Assembly (NCBI GenBank): GCA_052147195.1
Contig: JBKQLC010000114.1
Location: 450-64,449 of the forward strand
DNA: 64,000 nt
Direction: 5' to 3'
From: Syntrophobacteraceae bacterium
GTDB taxonomy: Bacteria > Desulfobacterota > Syntrophobacteria > Syntrophobacterales > Syntrophobacteraceae
Both the position numbers and the translations under genes were made by a program. The notes below the pieces were generated by a model that worked only from the letters and a program-made list of their open reading frames with translations, did no database searches and was not told where the DNA came from. This document shows, piece by piece, positions 8,052 to 16,711 of the stretch; the stretch's first letter is position 1, and every line of letters starts with the position of its first letter.

Positions 8052-9848
8052 CTAGCAGTTAGTCTCCCTGTTAAGTTCAGACTGGAAGCGCTTCAGGTCG
8101 GACGGCGAACCGTTTAACAACTTCACTTCGAGTGCCGAATGCCGATGGGCGAGCACGTTCAAGCAGCCATACTCCTGATCGATTTCAAAAAGATCTGCCA
8201 GAGACCGGCCAAGAGCCTGAGACAAAATGATTCGGTTGACGCCTGCGTGTCCCACGATGAGGATGTTTCCCCGTGTGGAGGTCAAAGTTTCATAGAAGGC
8301 CGGAATGACACGAAAGGTGCAGTCGAGAAAACTTTCTCCCTCGCCGGGGCGAAAGTGGACGATATCCAGGCCCCTTGCATGGAATTCCTCAGGGTGCCGC
8401 CTTCGCACTTCATCAAAGGTCAGGCCTTCCCATCGGCCAAGCGAGATCTCACGCAGTTCTCGCTTTGGAATGCATGAGATATGGTGCGGTTTGGCGATGA
8501 TTTGCGCCGTTTGCACGGACCGTTTCAAATCACTGCAGAATACTGCGGAGAGAGACGTGTCCCTTAAGCCTTCCGCCAATCGCTCGGCCTGCAGGAAACC
8601 TTCTTCAGTCAACGGAAGGTCTAACTGCCCGATGAAGCGTTTGGGATCAACCGGGGACTGAATGGCTCCGTGTCTCACCAGATAGATCGCCCTGCGGCTG
8701 CCCATGGACCCGGCCCTTATGCACCTTTCGTAGCGGCGGACCATATTGTCCACCGGACACCCAAGGAGGGCTTCGATGCGCTTGCCGATGTTTCTTGCCT
8801 CATCAAACCGTCTTACGATTTTCTTCAAGATGTCGGGCCGATCGGCATAACGGCTCATGGATCTTTCAAAACGCTCATCCAGGGAGACAATCCGGTCTTC
8901 CTCAACGCATTTGTCGGCAAAGTAGACGAGGTCAGCCTCATCCACGGATGGACCGCGCGACTGAATATCCATGTGTTTGGCCACGACGGCCCCAACACGC
9001 GGGTAGCCCATTTCGGCAATAAGCTTCGATCCAACCGCTGCATGGTCCGGCTGCCCCCTGGCAATATCGTGGAGTCTGCCGGCCGCAATGATCAAGGGAA
9101 GGTCTAACGCGAGACCCGTGGAATTCAAAAGCGCGGCAAGCGTCCGGGCAAGCTCGGCCACCACCATGGAATGGGCGATCACCTGCTCGGAAACTTTGAA
9201 CCGGGAGCAGACAGCCTCGCACTCTGCCTCCGTTGGAATACTTTCCCTCGACCGGCTCTCTACGAGTATTCGGTAATCCGACGGTGTATCGCAGTCCAGG
9301 AGAATGTTTTCATCTGCGACGTCTACGTCGACGGCGTTGGGTTCATAGGTGCCGAGGAACGCGGGCAATCCTCCGGGGTAGTCGGGTGACAGATCTTCTT
9401 TGAGATAAGCCGCCGGGATGAGCGGAGGATGGCCTCGCTCCCCTTTGAAGCGTGGGTAGATAATCTTTGGGCCGTCCAGATTGTAAACACTGAGGAGCGC
9501 ACGAATAGTTTGAGAATTGACCAGCGGGATATCGCAGGGAAGAAGGAAGAAGGCGTCCACGTCGGGTTCAAAGCTTTTCAGCCCCGCCAGCACGGAGGAA
9601 AACATCCCACGGTCGTATTGCGTGTTGAAGATCCATTTGATGCCCAAATGGTCCAGAACGGGCGTAAGTTCATCGGCCCTGTGCCCGACGACCACCCTCA
9701 CGTCCTCAATCCCTGCCCCGAGAAATCGCGTGACGGCCACCTCGATAAGGGTGGAAGTTCCAAGGGGCGCCAAGGGCTTGAAGCATCCCATCCTGGAGGA
9801 ATAGCCGGCGGCAAGAACCAGCGCAACGATTCGAGGCGGTTTTCTCAT
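8052..9848 (-). CDS. Three-domain fusion: MobA/MocA-like NTP transferase + HD phosphohydrolase + histidine phosphatase (CobC/GpmB-like)
   Basis: 598 aa. N-terminal domain: IVALVLAAGYSSRMGCFKPLAPLG (MobA-like nucleotidyltransferase). Middle domain: AAGRLHDIARG (HD motif). C-terminal domain: IYLVRHGAIQS...SDLKRSVQTA...GRWEGLTF...VGHAGV (RHG histidine phosphatase motifs). Confidence 0.8.
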   Translation of the reverse strand: MRKPPRIVALVLAAGYSSRMGCFKPLAPLGTSTLIEVAVTRFLGAGIEDVRVVVGHRADELTPVLDHLGIKWIFNTQYDRGMFSSVLAGLKSFEPDVDAFFLLPCDIPLVNSQTIRALLSVYNLDGPKIIYPRFKGERGHPPLIPAAYLKEDLSPDYPGGLPAFLGTYEPNAVDVDVADENILLDCDTPSDYRILVESRSRESIPTEAECEAVCSRFKVSEQVIAHSMVVAELARTLAALLNSTGLALDLPLIIAAGRLHDIARGQPDHAAVGSKLIAEMGYPRVGAVVAKHMDIQSRGPSVDEADLVYFADKCVEEDRIVSLDERFERSMSRYADRPDILKKIVRRFDEARNIGKRIEALLGCPVDNMVRRYERCIRAGSMGSRRAIYLVRHGAIQSPVDPKRFIGQLDLPLTEEGFLQAERLAEGLRDTSLSAVFCSDLKRSVQTAQIIAKPHHISCIPKRELREISLGRWEGLTFDEVRRRHPEEFHARGLDIVHFRPGEGESFLDCTFRVIPAFYETLTSTRGNILIVGHAGVNRIILSQALGRSLADLFEIDQEYGCLNVLAHRHSALEVKLLNGSPSDLKRFQSELNRETNC

Positions 9849-10030
9849 CTGCTTTTCCCGGCTCTGACCTGGATCAGTTCCGCCACGATGCTCACGGCGA
9901 TCTCCTCGGGCGTTTCGGCTCCAATATTGAGGCCGACAGGTGAAAAGTCAACGCGGGTGAACCCTTCATTGAAGAGTTTTGCCATACCTTTAAAGATACT
10001 CATGCAATCAACCTGGAGCAGTTTTTCCAT
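9845..10030 (-). CDS. Mini-protein equal to the C-terminal tip of an XdhC/CoxI-family maturation factor
   Basis: 61 aa. SPVGLNIGAETPEEIAVSIVAELIQVRAG matches the conserved end of the XdhC_C domain. The XdhC N-domain and most of the Rossmann part are absent. It has an ATGA overlap with the downstream gene and starts 12 bp after the upstream gene. Confidence 0.55.
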   Translation of the reverse strand: MEKLLQVDCMSIFKGMAKLFNEGFTRVDFSPVGLNIGAETPEEIAVSIVAELIQVRAGKSR

Positions 10031-10042
10031 ATCGAATGAGTC

Positions 10043-11353
10043 TCAGTCCCTCAAATCCAGCAGGACTCGTTTGGCGGTATTCCTCTTGCCGCTTTGCCCT
10101 TTGGGCAGAAGGCTTACATCCAAAGCGAGCGCTCCCTTCTGAAGAGCGGATCGTATCACCGGGACGACGTTCAGGGCCTCCTGAATTGCAGCAATGGTTT
10201 GCCGACTATCGGGCGTTGTCGCCTGAGCTTCGATCCGCAAACGATCAATGCCCGGCGCGCTCTCGAGCGAAGCGCTAAAATCCAGGACCCCTTCAACGGG
10301 GAAGATCGCCTCGTCGAGGTCCGTCATGGTCAACCGGCCGCCCTGTGCGATAGCTATCGAACACAGGCGGCTTTTGACCCGTGCAAGGGTTTTGAGCACA
10401 GTTCCACAGGGGCAAGGGCCCGGCACAAATCGGCTGACGTCGCCGGTGCGGTATCGAATAAGCGGCATTCCCCTCCGCGTGAGAGTCGTGAAAACCACCT
10501 CGCCGGGGTCTCCTTCCGAAACGGACCTTCCGGTTTCAGGGTCCACGATTTCAATATAGAGGTCCGCCTCCCGCAGATGATATCCGTTCCTTGCCTCGCA
10601 TTCAACACCGCCTCCAAAGCCCATCTCGGTCATGCCGTAATGGGTAAAAACCTCGCACCCCCAGATGCGCCGCAGCTCCGTCGAAACCGCATCCGGAACG
10701 TGATCGGCGCTCAAGAGCACGCTCCTTGGAGCAGCCGTCCCGCCGCTCAATCTTGCAAGTCCGAGCACCTGCGCCGGAATGCCCACCAGGGTGTCGATCC
10801 GCTCTTTTTCCATGACCTCCAACGTCCGGGGAGCCTCGCGGACAGGGCCGTGAGGGACGCCGACCGCACCTAACCGTTCAAGTCCCTTTACCAAAAGATC
10901 CCCGACACTGCCCGGAAGAGTTCCAGGCAGAAGAATCAGAACTCGGTCACCGGGGCCGGCGAGCGTGGACATGCCGTGATGGAAGAAATCGATGGTCCGT
11001 TCCTGATCGTCGATCGTAAAGAAAACACGCTTGGGTTCGCCTGTCGTCCCGGATGTTTGAAGCGTTACGACGCGGCTCACCTCACTTTGCGAGACGCAGA
11101 GAAACCTTAGGGGCTGCCGCCGTATGTCCTCCGCCGTCGTAAATGGAAATCGGGTGAGAGCCTCCAGGTCCGTCAGATCCTTCTGCGCGAGACCCGCCAG
11201 ATGCTCCCGGTAAAACGGACTGCCGGCTTTCGCCCAACCAATTGTTTCCCGAAGTTTCGCAAGCCGGAAGGTCTCGATTCGTTCCCGGCTCAGCCCGGTT
11301 CCGTTTGTGCCGATATGTCTCGAAATCCATGCTTCCAGCGGTGTGATCTTCAT
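10043..11353 (-). CDS. Adenylate-forming enzyme, phenylacetate-CoA ligase (PaaK)/coenzyme F390 synthetase-like
   Basis: 436 aa. TSGTTGEPKRVFF AMP-binding motif, PaaK-like size and N-terminal region, and a C-terminal YRTGD-type segment (IRYRTGDVS). Confidence 0.8.
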   Translation of the reverse strand: MKITPLEAWISRHIGTNGTGLSRERIETFRLAKLRETIGWAKAGSPFYREHLAGLAQKDLTDLEALTRFPFTTAEDIRRQPLRFLCVSQSEVSRVVTLQTSGTTGEPKRVFFTIDDQERTIDFFHHGMSTLAGPGDRVLILLPGTLPGSVGDLLVKGLERLGAVGVPHGPVREAPRTLEVMEKERIDTLVGIPAQVLGLARLSGGTAAPRSVLLSADHVPDAVSTELRRIWGCEVFTHYGMTEMGFGGGVECEARNGYHLREADLYIEIVDPETGRSVSEGDPGEVVFTTLTRRGMPLIRYRTGDVSRFVPGPCPCGTVLKTLARVKSRLCSIAIAQGGRLTMTDLDEAIFPVEGVLDFSASLESAPGIDRLRIEAQATTPDSRQTIAAIQEALNVVPVIRSALQKGALALDVSLLPKGQSGKRNTAKRVLLDLRD

Positions 11354-12756
11354 GCCGCTTCCCCGGTCGATCCTTTCCCCCTGCGGGAAAGGCCGGAACC
11401 GTTATCTCTGTAATAGGAACGGCCCTCGCTGTCCGTGATGTTATATGCGCAAAACGGGATCAACCGGCCATCCGGGTGCACTACGTGGATGCAGCAATCC
11501 TTCAGCCGGTCAAGGTCCAGATTCCATGCATCCTGGAAGGCCATTCCCGAAATGCAGAGCGAATGAGTTGCGGCCCGGTTCAAAAACTCGTCCCATCCTC
11601 CCAGGCTTTGGCCCTGGCAGCAGATGGAAGGGGCTTGCATTTCCTCCGGCCGCGACCAGAATTGGGTGACGAACCGGCGGGCTTTGGCGGCGCCTTCGGC
11701 TGCGAAAACAGGTTTACAGCCGCAATCTTTGGATTGGTGCTGCGTCCATGGCCGCAGTGCTCCATCGTTGAGGAGCACGAAGTTGCCATGGAACGAGCAA
11801 AGAGCGTTTTCGCATCCCGGAGGTTTGAAGTGCTCCGCCCTGATTCTCGCGCCTGTCTGGGTTTCAATTTCAGTGATGATTTCAGGGATGGTGATGCGGT
11901 CCTCATCCCCTGGCGGACCCGGGTATCTCCCGAAGTAGCTTACAGGCTGAAAGTGGACGCCCCGGATCGCGGGAAGCTCCTGAAACGCAAACTCGATAAT
12001 AGGTCCGATTTGATCCGTGTTCACGCCGGGAACGATTGTGGGAACGAGGACCACGCCGATGCCGTGCCCGGCACAGTGCTCGATGGCGAGCCGCTTCTCC
12101 CGAAGCAACTCCCGCCCGCGAAGCTTCCGGTAGACAGAGTCCTCAACACTGTCAAACTGAAGGAACACGGACGCAACGCCGGCATCCTTCAAGGCTTTCA
12201 CGTAAGAAGGGTCCTTTGCCAGCCGCAAACCGTTCGTGTTGATTTGAATGAACGAAAATCCCCTGGATCGTCCCAGAGCTACGATTTCCGGCAAATCATC
12301 CCGCAAGGTCGGCTCCCCTCCGGAGAGTTGCACATTGCATGGGCCGGCAACGAGGAGCAGCCGGTCGAATTGCTCCTTAAGGTCTTCCAGGGCCGGGTCG
12401 GCAGCATTTTTGTTTCCTGCATCGGCAAAACAGAAGGCGCATCGTAAATTGCAGCTTTGGGTTACCTCGATAAGGGCGGTGCATGTGTGCTGGCGATGTT
12501 CGGCGCAAAGACCGCAGTCCAGTGGACACCCTTTCTCAACGATTGTGGAAGGGTTCTCGGGGCGAGAGGGGGTTTTGGGCCTCACCCATGATGAGAAGGC
12601 GGGACGCCCACGCCAGATCACGGCCTCATGAGAACCGTGTTCCGGGCACGTCTTCCTGAGGAAGATCCGGTCTCCCCTGCCAACCCTCCGCGCAGGGACC
12701 ACTGCGAAACACTCCGGGCAGATGCTTTCCGTTTCCGAAAGAGAAATTTCTTCCAT
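11350..12756 (-). CDS. Radical SAM protein with N-terminal zinc-ribbon and Cys-rich C-terminal extension
   Basis: 468 aa. N-terminal CPEC...CPEHG ribbon, then the CNLRCAFC radical-SAM CxxxCxxC cluster motif. GGEPTL lies downstream, and the C-terminal half contains CGC, CC and other Cys. Confidence 0.85.
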   Translation of the reverse strand: MEEISLSETESICPECFAVVPARRVGRGDRIFLRKTCPEHGSHEAVIWRGRPAFSSWVRPKTPSRPENPSTIVEKGCPLDCGLCAEHRQHTCTALIEVTQSCNLRCAFCFADAGNKNAADPALEDLKEQFDRLLLVAGPCNVQLSGGEPTLRDDLPEIVALGRSRGFSFIQINTNGLRLAKDPSYVKALKDAGVASVFLQFDSVEDSVYRKLRGRELLREKRLAIEHCAGHGIGVVLVPTIVPGVNTDQIGPIIEFAFQELPAIRGVHFQPVSYFGRYPGPPGDEDRITIPEIITEIETQTGARIRAEHFKPPGCENALCSFHGNFVLLNDGALRPWTQHQSKDCGCKPVFAAEGAAKARRFVTQFWSRPEEMQAPSICCQGQSLGGWDEFLNRAATHSLCISGMAFQDAWNLDLDRLKDCCIHVVHPDGRLIPFCAYNITDSEGRSYYRDNGSGLSRRGKGSTGEAA

Positions 12757-13202
12757 TATAGACGCGCCTGGGTCAGGTCGAATCCGTTTTCAACCAGCAG
12801 ACTCTTAGCTTTCTCATAGACACCCATCACCAACGTCGGGCATCGCGCCGTACGGTTTTTCGGGTCGTCATCCAAAATGACGCTGCACTGGATACCGCCA
12901 TACCTTTCGCCGAATTCTCCGGAGAACCATTCAACCAGTTCAGAAATCATAAGATTGAGCTTTGGGTCCTCCTCCTCTTCCGGGACGCCTCTTCCGGCGT
13001 ATAGGCCCACAAGACAGGCCCCGCCCGTGAGCGCCCCGCAGACATCTCCGGAAAACCCCATCCCCCCCGCAAGGCCACTCATGGCTCTGATCAAGTCGGG
13101 ATCACTCTTTCCTTGCGCCTCCAGGCCCAGGAAAAGCAGGATTTGACTGCAATAGAAACCCTTTTGGGCCAGTTCAAGCATCCGGACCGTCTCGGTTGTC
13201 AC
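12756..13202 (-). CDS. C_GCAxxG_C_C family (putative redox-active) protein
   Basis: 148 aa. FYCSQ ... GDVCGALTGGACLVG ... CP pattern diagnostic of the C_GCAxxG_C_C family. TAATG overlap with the radical SAM gene. Confidence 0.85.
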   Translation of the reverse strand: MTTETVRMLELAQKGFYCSQILLFLGLEAQGKSDPDLIRAMSGLAGGMGFSGDVCGALTGGACLVGLYAGRGVPEEEEDPKLNLMISELVEWFSGEFGERYGGIQCSVILDDDPKNRTARCPTLVMGVYEKAKSLLVENGFDLTQARL

Positions 13203-13230
13203 AAGGATAGCTCCTCATCCGATTTAGGGT

Positions 13231-13983
13231 TCATACGCACCCGAGGCTTACGGGCTTCTTCTCCGCGATAGCAAGAAAATATCCGGGCTTAGCCCGGGAA
13301 ACCGCCCGCTCGATTCTAAGCGCATCGAGTGGTTCGCCGCCAGTTAGCGAACACCAGAACGACCGCGCAGATCCTTGTGAGAAGATTAGTTGAGCGGCAA
13401 ACTGTTTCAGCGCTGCAGAATGGTCCTCCCAAGTGGAAAAGGCAAATCCGCAGTCTCTGAGCTTGACCGTCAGTTCCTCAATAGATAATGCTCCGGTGAG
13501 GCAGCAGTCCATGGATAGTGCGCGAAGTTCCGGTATGGCTTCCGCATTCCGGACGTACACGTCGTTCAAAATCAGCCTGCCCCCGCCCCTTAGAACGCGG
13601 AAGCACTCCCGGAGAAACATTGGAGGATTTCGGGAGAGCGACAGGCTGCACTCGGCGAAGACGCCGTCCCATTGGGCATCCGGAAAGGGCAGGCTCTCTC
13701 CCGCCGCTCGCACGAGAGGTAGGAGACTGTTTCTTGCGTGCCCCTGCGCGATCATCGGCAACGAGGGGTCAACCCCCGCCGTAAAGAACCCGAACCGTCG
13801 GTTCAGGTGTTCCACCGTAGTCCCGGTCCCGCATCCCACGTCGAGAAGGCGGGAGCCGGGAGGAAACGCACATAGTGAAAGCGCTCGCTCCGTCAGCGCC
13901 ATCCCGCCCGGACGTATAAAACCGTCGGTAACTCCGCTTGCGGCAATTCGCTCATAGACCCCGCATTCGCCGAAGTTGGCCAT
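13231..13983 (-). CDS. Class I SAM-dependent methyltransferase
   Basis: LLDVGCGTGTT motif I and a Methyltransf_11-like layout. ATG 13983 is preferred over the TTG at 14001 used by the track. Confidence 0.8.
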   Translation of the reverse strand: MANFGECGVYERIAASGVTDGFIRPGGMALTERALSLCAFPPGSRLLDVGCGTGTTVEHLNRRFGFFTAGVDPSLPMIAQGHARNSLLPLVRAAGESLPFPDAQWDGVFAECSLSLSRNPPMFLRECFRVLRGGGRLILNDVYVRNAEAIPELRALSMDCCLTGALSIEELTVKLRDCGFAFSTWEDHSAALKQFAAQLIFSQGSARSFWCSLTGGEPLDALRIERAVSRAKPGYFLAIAEKKPVSLGCV

Positions 13984-14006
13984 GAGAACCCCTTTCCCCA
14001 ATGCGC

Positions 14007-14216
14007 CTACTTATCCTCGAGGAGCTTTTCGACTTCCGCGATCTTGCCGAGCGCAAGATCTTCAGGGATGAACACAAGTCCGCAGCCGGGGCATCTCAAC
14101 AAGTCCACCGGAAACTCATTTCCCAGGTAGGAGATGGGGACCTTTGCCATCTCCAGGGGGAGGCTGCATTTCGTGCACGACCAAATCTTTTCGTCGGTAC
14201 GCTCTTGCGGGATCAC
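14007..14216 (-). CDS. Small zinc-ribbon protein (CxxC...CxxC)
   Basis: 69 aa. WSCTKCSLPL...LLRCPGCGLVF. ATGA overlap with the upstream 787-aa gene supports translation. Confidence 0.6.
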   Translation of the reverse strand: MIPQERTDEKIWSCTKCSLPLEMAKVPISYLGNEFPVDLLRCPGCGLVFIPEDLALGKIAEVEKLLEDK

Positions 14217-16576
14217 GATTTCATGTCCTCGGCGATTTCCATGCGGTGGCTGTATGCGTTGTAAACGATGAATTCATCCCCGGCAATAGAGTATTCCACC
14301 CAGTACGTAACGCTTGCCGGTTTGTAGTATGCCAGGAAATGGCCGGTATTTCGGTTGAGGAGCCTGGACCCCGTTCTTTCGGAATAGTCGATCACTTGCT
14401 GCAGGTCCTCCACAAGGATCAGCCGTTCTTCCATGCGTTGCTGCACCTCATCGGAAATCTTCAGCCGAAGGGTTTGATACCCTTGCGCTTCAGCCATAGT
14501 CTCCCCCCACCACTCCCTGAGCATCGCGTTTTTCAACCGGACTCGGTTTTCATGCCGCTGCGAATAGACGGGACCTTTCCGCAAGGCGGCCTCGTCCCTC
14601 GGAGTTTCAAAAATGAGATCCAGAAGGTGAAGGGTACGCTTGCCGCTGAAGGCGAGATAATCCCGGCACATGGCGCAATAGGCCAGGTAGTCGAGCGAAC
14701 TCTCTTCGACGCGCCGTCGGATGACGCTCTTTGCGAGCTCCGGATTGGCGAAAAACATGAGCCCGCCATAGCCGCAGCATTCCGTCTTGTCGCGGCTCAA
14801 GGGCAGTTCTTCAATCTCAAAACCGATGCGGCGCAGGATGTTGCGCACGCTCTCCTGGATGGCGCTCTCATGCCGGGTGGTACAGGCGTCATGCACCGCG
14901 ATGACATCATGTTTCTGCGCTTTCACGCTTTTCGGCAAACCCAGGCTGTCCAGAGTCTCCCAAAGCGAAGTGATCGGGACATCCGGAAGATGGGCCTTAA
15001 AGATCTCATAGCAAGTCGAGCAGGCAAGGATCAGGCGCGAACTCCCCAGTTCCCGCCACAAGGCCAGGAAATCCCCCCTGGTGGATTGAAAAAGTTCGGC
15101 CCGACCCGACCAGTCTGCCGGGGCTCCGCAGCACCGGGACATGAATCCGACCCCGCCGGAGAGTTCCTTGGTGAGCAGTGTATAGACACTTTTTACATGT
15201 TCGGGGGCCGATGCGATGAGCTGGCATCCCGGAAAGAAAAGAAACCGGCTTTGCACGGTCCCGGGTTGATGGCGGGCAAAGGCGCATTTGTCGCCGTTGC
15301 TGAACAACATGTCCCGCAGGGGAAAGTCGTGGGCAGACGGCGGCATCCTCCCCTGGTTCACCATGGTTTCGCGGGCCGTTTTGCAAACCAGCCCCATGTG
15401 CAGATCTTCAGGACAGACCTCCCGGCACAACCCGCAGAGACTGCACGAATTGATGAGCTTGTTAGCATGGCGATGGCCCATGACGATGGAAAGGTTATTG
15501 TAGATCTGGCGCACGTACTTTTTGGGATAAGCGCGAAAGGTGTTGAGATATTCACAGACCTTGACGCATTCGAGACACTCGCATTGCAGGCATCTTGCGG
15601 CCTCGCGGGCAGCTTCTTCCCGCAAATAGCCCTGCCGGGGGTCGCTTACCGGCGTGGCCGGGAGCGGTGCGACGCCCTCCGTGCTCGTGTAGAGTCGAGT
15701 CGGAATTGAACCTTCGCCAGCGCGCGAGGCCGTCAAGGAGACTTTTTGCAGGAACCGGTCGATGGTGATGCCCGCAATCCGGCCGTCCGAAATGGAATTG
15801 ATCGGGGACCCTTCTCCTTGCGCCCGGCGGAGGCTGCCTCCCGCAAAGACACCTTCCCGGCTGCTTGCGAGGGTCACCGGATCGACGGCTATCCGCCCGT
15901 CAACCCCGGTGGCGAGGCCGAAAACATCGAGGGCCTGTGTACCGGGAGCGATATAAACGGCGTCAAAATCCCTGCAAAGATCCTCGAAAGAAATATCAAT
16001 CCCAACGGTGGTGTTCAACCGAACCTCGACTCCGATTCGCTCCAGAACATTCAAGTCCTTCGCAAGCACCTCCATGGGAAGTTTCTCTTCCGGAAAATGC
16101 CACAGGCTCCCCCCAAGGACCGCAGCCTTCTCGAATACCACCACCTTGAACCCTTTTCTTGCCAGATCGAAGGCGGCAGTCAGACCACTCAGACCGCCTC
16201 CCACAACGCCCACGCGTTTTTCTTTCCCGGGAAGCACGGCGATTTTTTCAGGAAGTTCAGAGGCGTAATCGAGACATGACTTTTCAATGGCAACGACGGA
16301 CAGGGGTTCCCCCGCTTCCTTCCTTTTGCAGACCGACCGGCATGGCTGGTCGCAAACCCGGCTGATGATTCCCGGGAAAGGGACAGTCTTCTTAAGGATT
16401 TTCGCCGCTTCCGTGAAGTTTCCCACAGCCGCCTGCGCCATCATGGCCCGAACGTCCACATGGACGGGACAGGCTGCGGCACAGTTGGGGGGCTGCTCCT
16501 GGATGCACCGGTCTTCCAGCCTGGTCAGTTCGTCTTTTTCCATGGTTCCGCAGAACTTCCTTCCGGTGAATGCCAC
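14213..16576 (-). CDS. Fusion oxidoreductase: GltD-like FeS/NAD(P)-FAD module + 4Fe-4S dicluster + two CCG (HdrD/GlpC-like) domains + C-terminal domain
   Basis: 787 aa. CAAACPVHVDV...CDQPCRSVC, then the dinucleotide fold VGVVGGGLSGLTAAFDLARKG. Ferredoxin-type CLQCECLECVKVCE and CSLCGLCREVCPE follow, then CCG-type Cys clusters (FFPGCQL..., CCG at MSRCCGAP, ECCGYGG). The start is GTG 16576 or ATG 16543. Confidence 0.85.
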   Translation of the reverse strand: MAFTGRKFCGTMEKDELTRLEDRCIQEQPPNCAAACPVHVDVRAMMAQAAVGNFTEAAKILKKTVPFPGIISRVCDQPCRSVCKRKEAGEPLSVVAIEKSCLDYASELPEKIAVLPGKEKRVGVVGGGLSGLTAAFDLARKGFKVVVFEKAAVLGGSLWHFPEEKLPMEVLAKDLNVLERIGVEVRLNTTVGIDISFEDLCRDFDAVYIAPGTQALDVFGLATGVDGRIAVDPVTLASSREGVFAGGSLRRAQGEGSPINSISDGRIAGITIDRFLQKVSLTASRAGEGSIPTRLYTSTEGVAPLPATPVSDPRQGYLREEAAREAARCLQCECLECVKVCEYLNTFRAYPKKYVRQIYNNLSIVMGHRHANKLINSCSLCGLCREVCPEDLHMGLVCKTARETMVNQGRMPPSAHDFPLRDMLFSNGDKCAFARHQPGTVQSRFLFFPGCQLIASAPEHVKSVYTLLTKELSGGVGFMSRCCGAPADWSGRAELFQSTRGDFLALWRELGSSRLILACSTCYEIFKAHLPDVPITSLWETLDSLGLPKSVKAQKHDVIAVHDACTTRHESAIQESVRNILRRIGFEIEELPLSRDKTECCGYGGLMFFANPELAKSVIRRRVEESSLDYLAYCAMCRDYLAFSGKRTLHLLDLIFETPRDEAALRKGPVYSQRHENRVRLKNAMLREWWGETMAEAQGYQTLRLKISDEVQQRMEERLILVEDLQQVIDYSERTGSRLLNRNTGHFLAYYKPASVTYWVEYSIAGDEFIVYNAYSHRMEIAEDMKS

Positions 16577-16634
16577 GCGGCGGAGACTATGGTTGCGTAC
16601 ACTGGATCGTAAAAAGCTTCAAAATAGGTGAAAG

Positions 16635-16666
16635 CTCCCTGCCGCCCTCAAGAAGGGGGCAGGGAG
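16635..16666 (-). terminator. Hairpin immediately downstream of the aldehyde oxidoreductase gene (terminator or attenuator inside the cluster)
   Basis: CTCCCTGCC(gCCCTcaagaAGGGg)GGCAGGGAG, a 9+4 bp stem. On the minus strand it is followed by CTTTCACCTATTTTGAAGCTTTTT. Confidence 0.5.
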
Positions 16667-16711
16667 TAATGGTTAAATGTTTTCAGAGCAGATGATCAAC
16701 CCCATGCCTTT

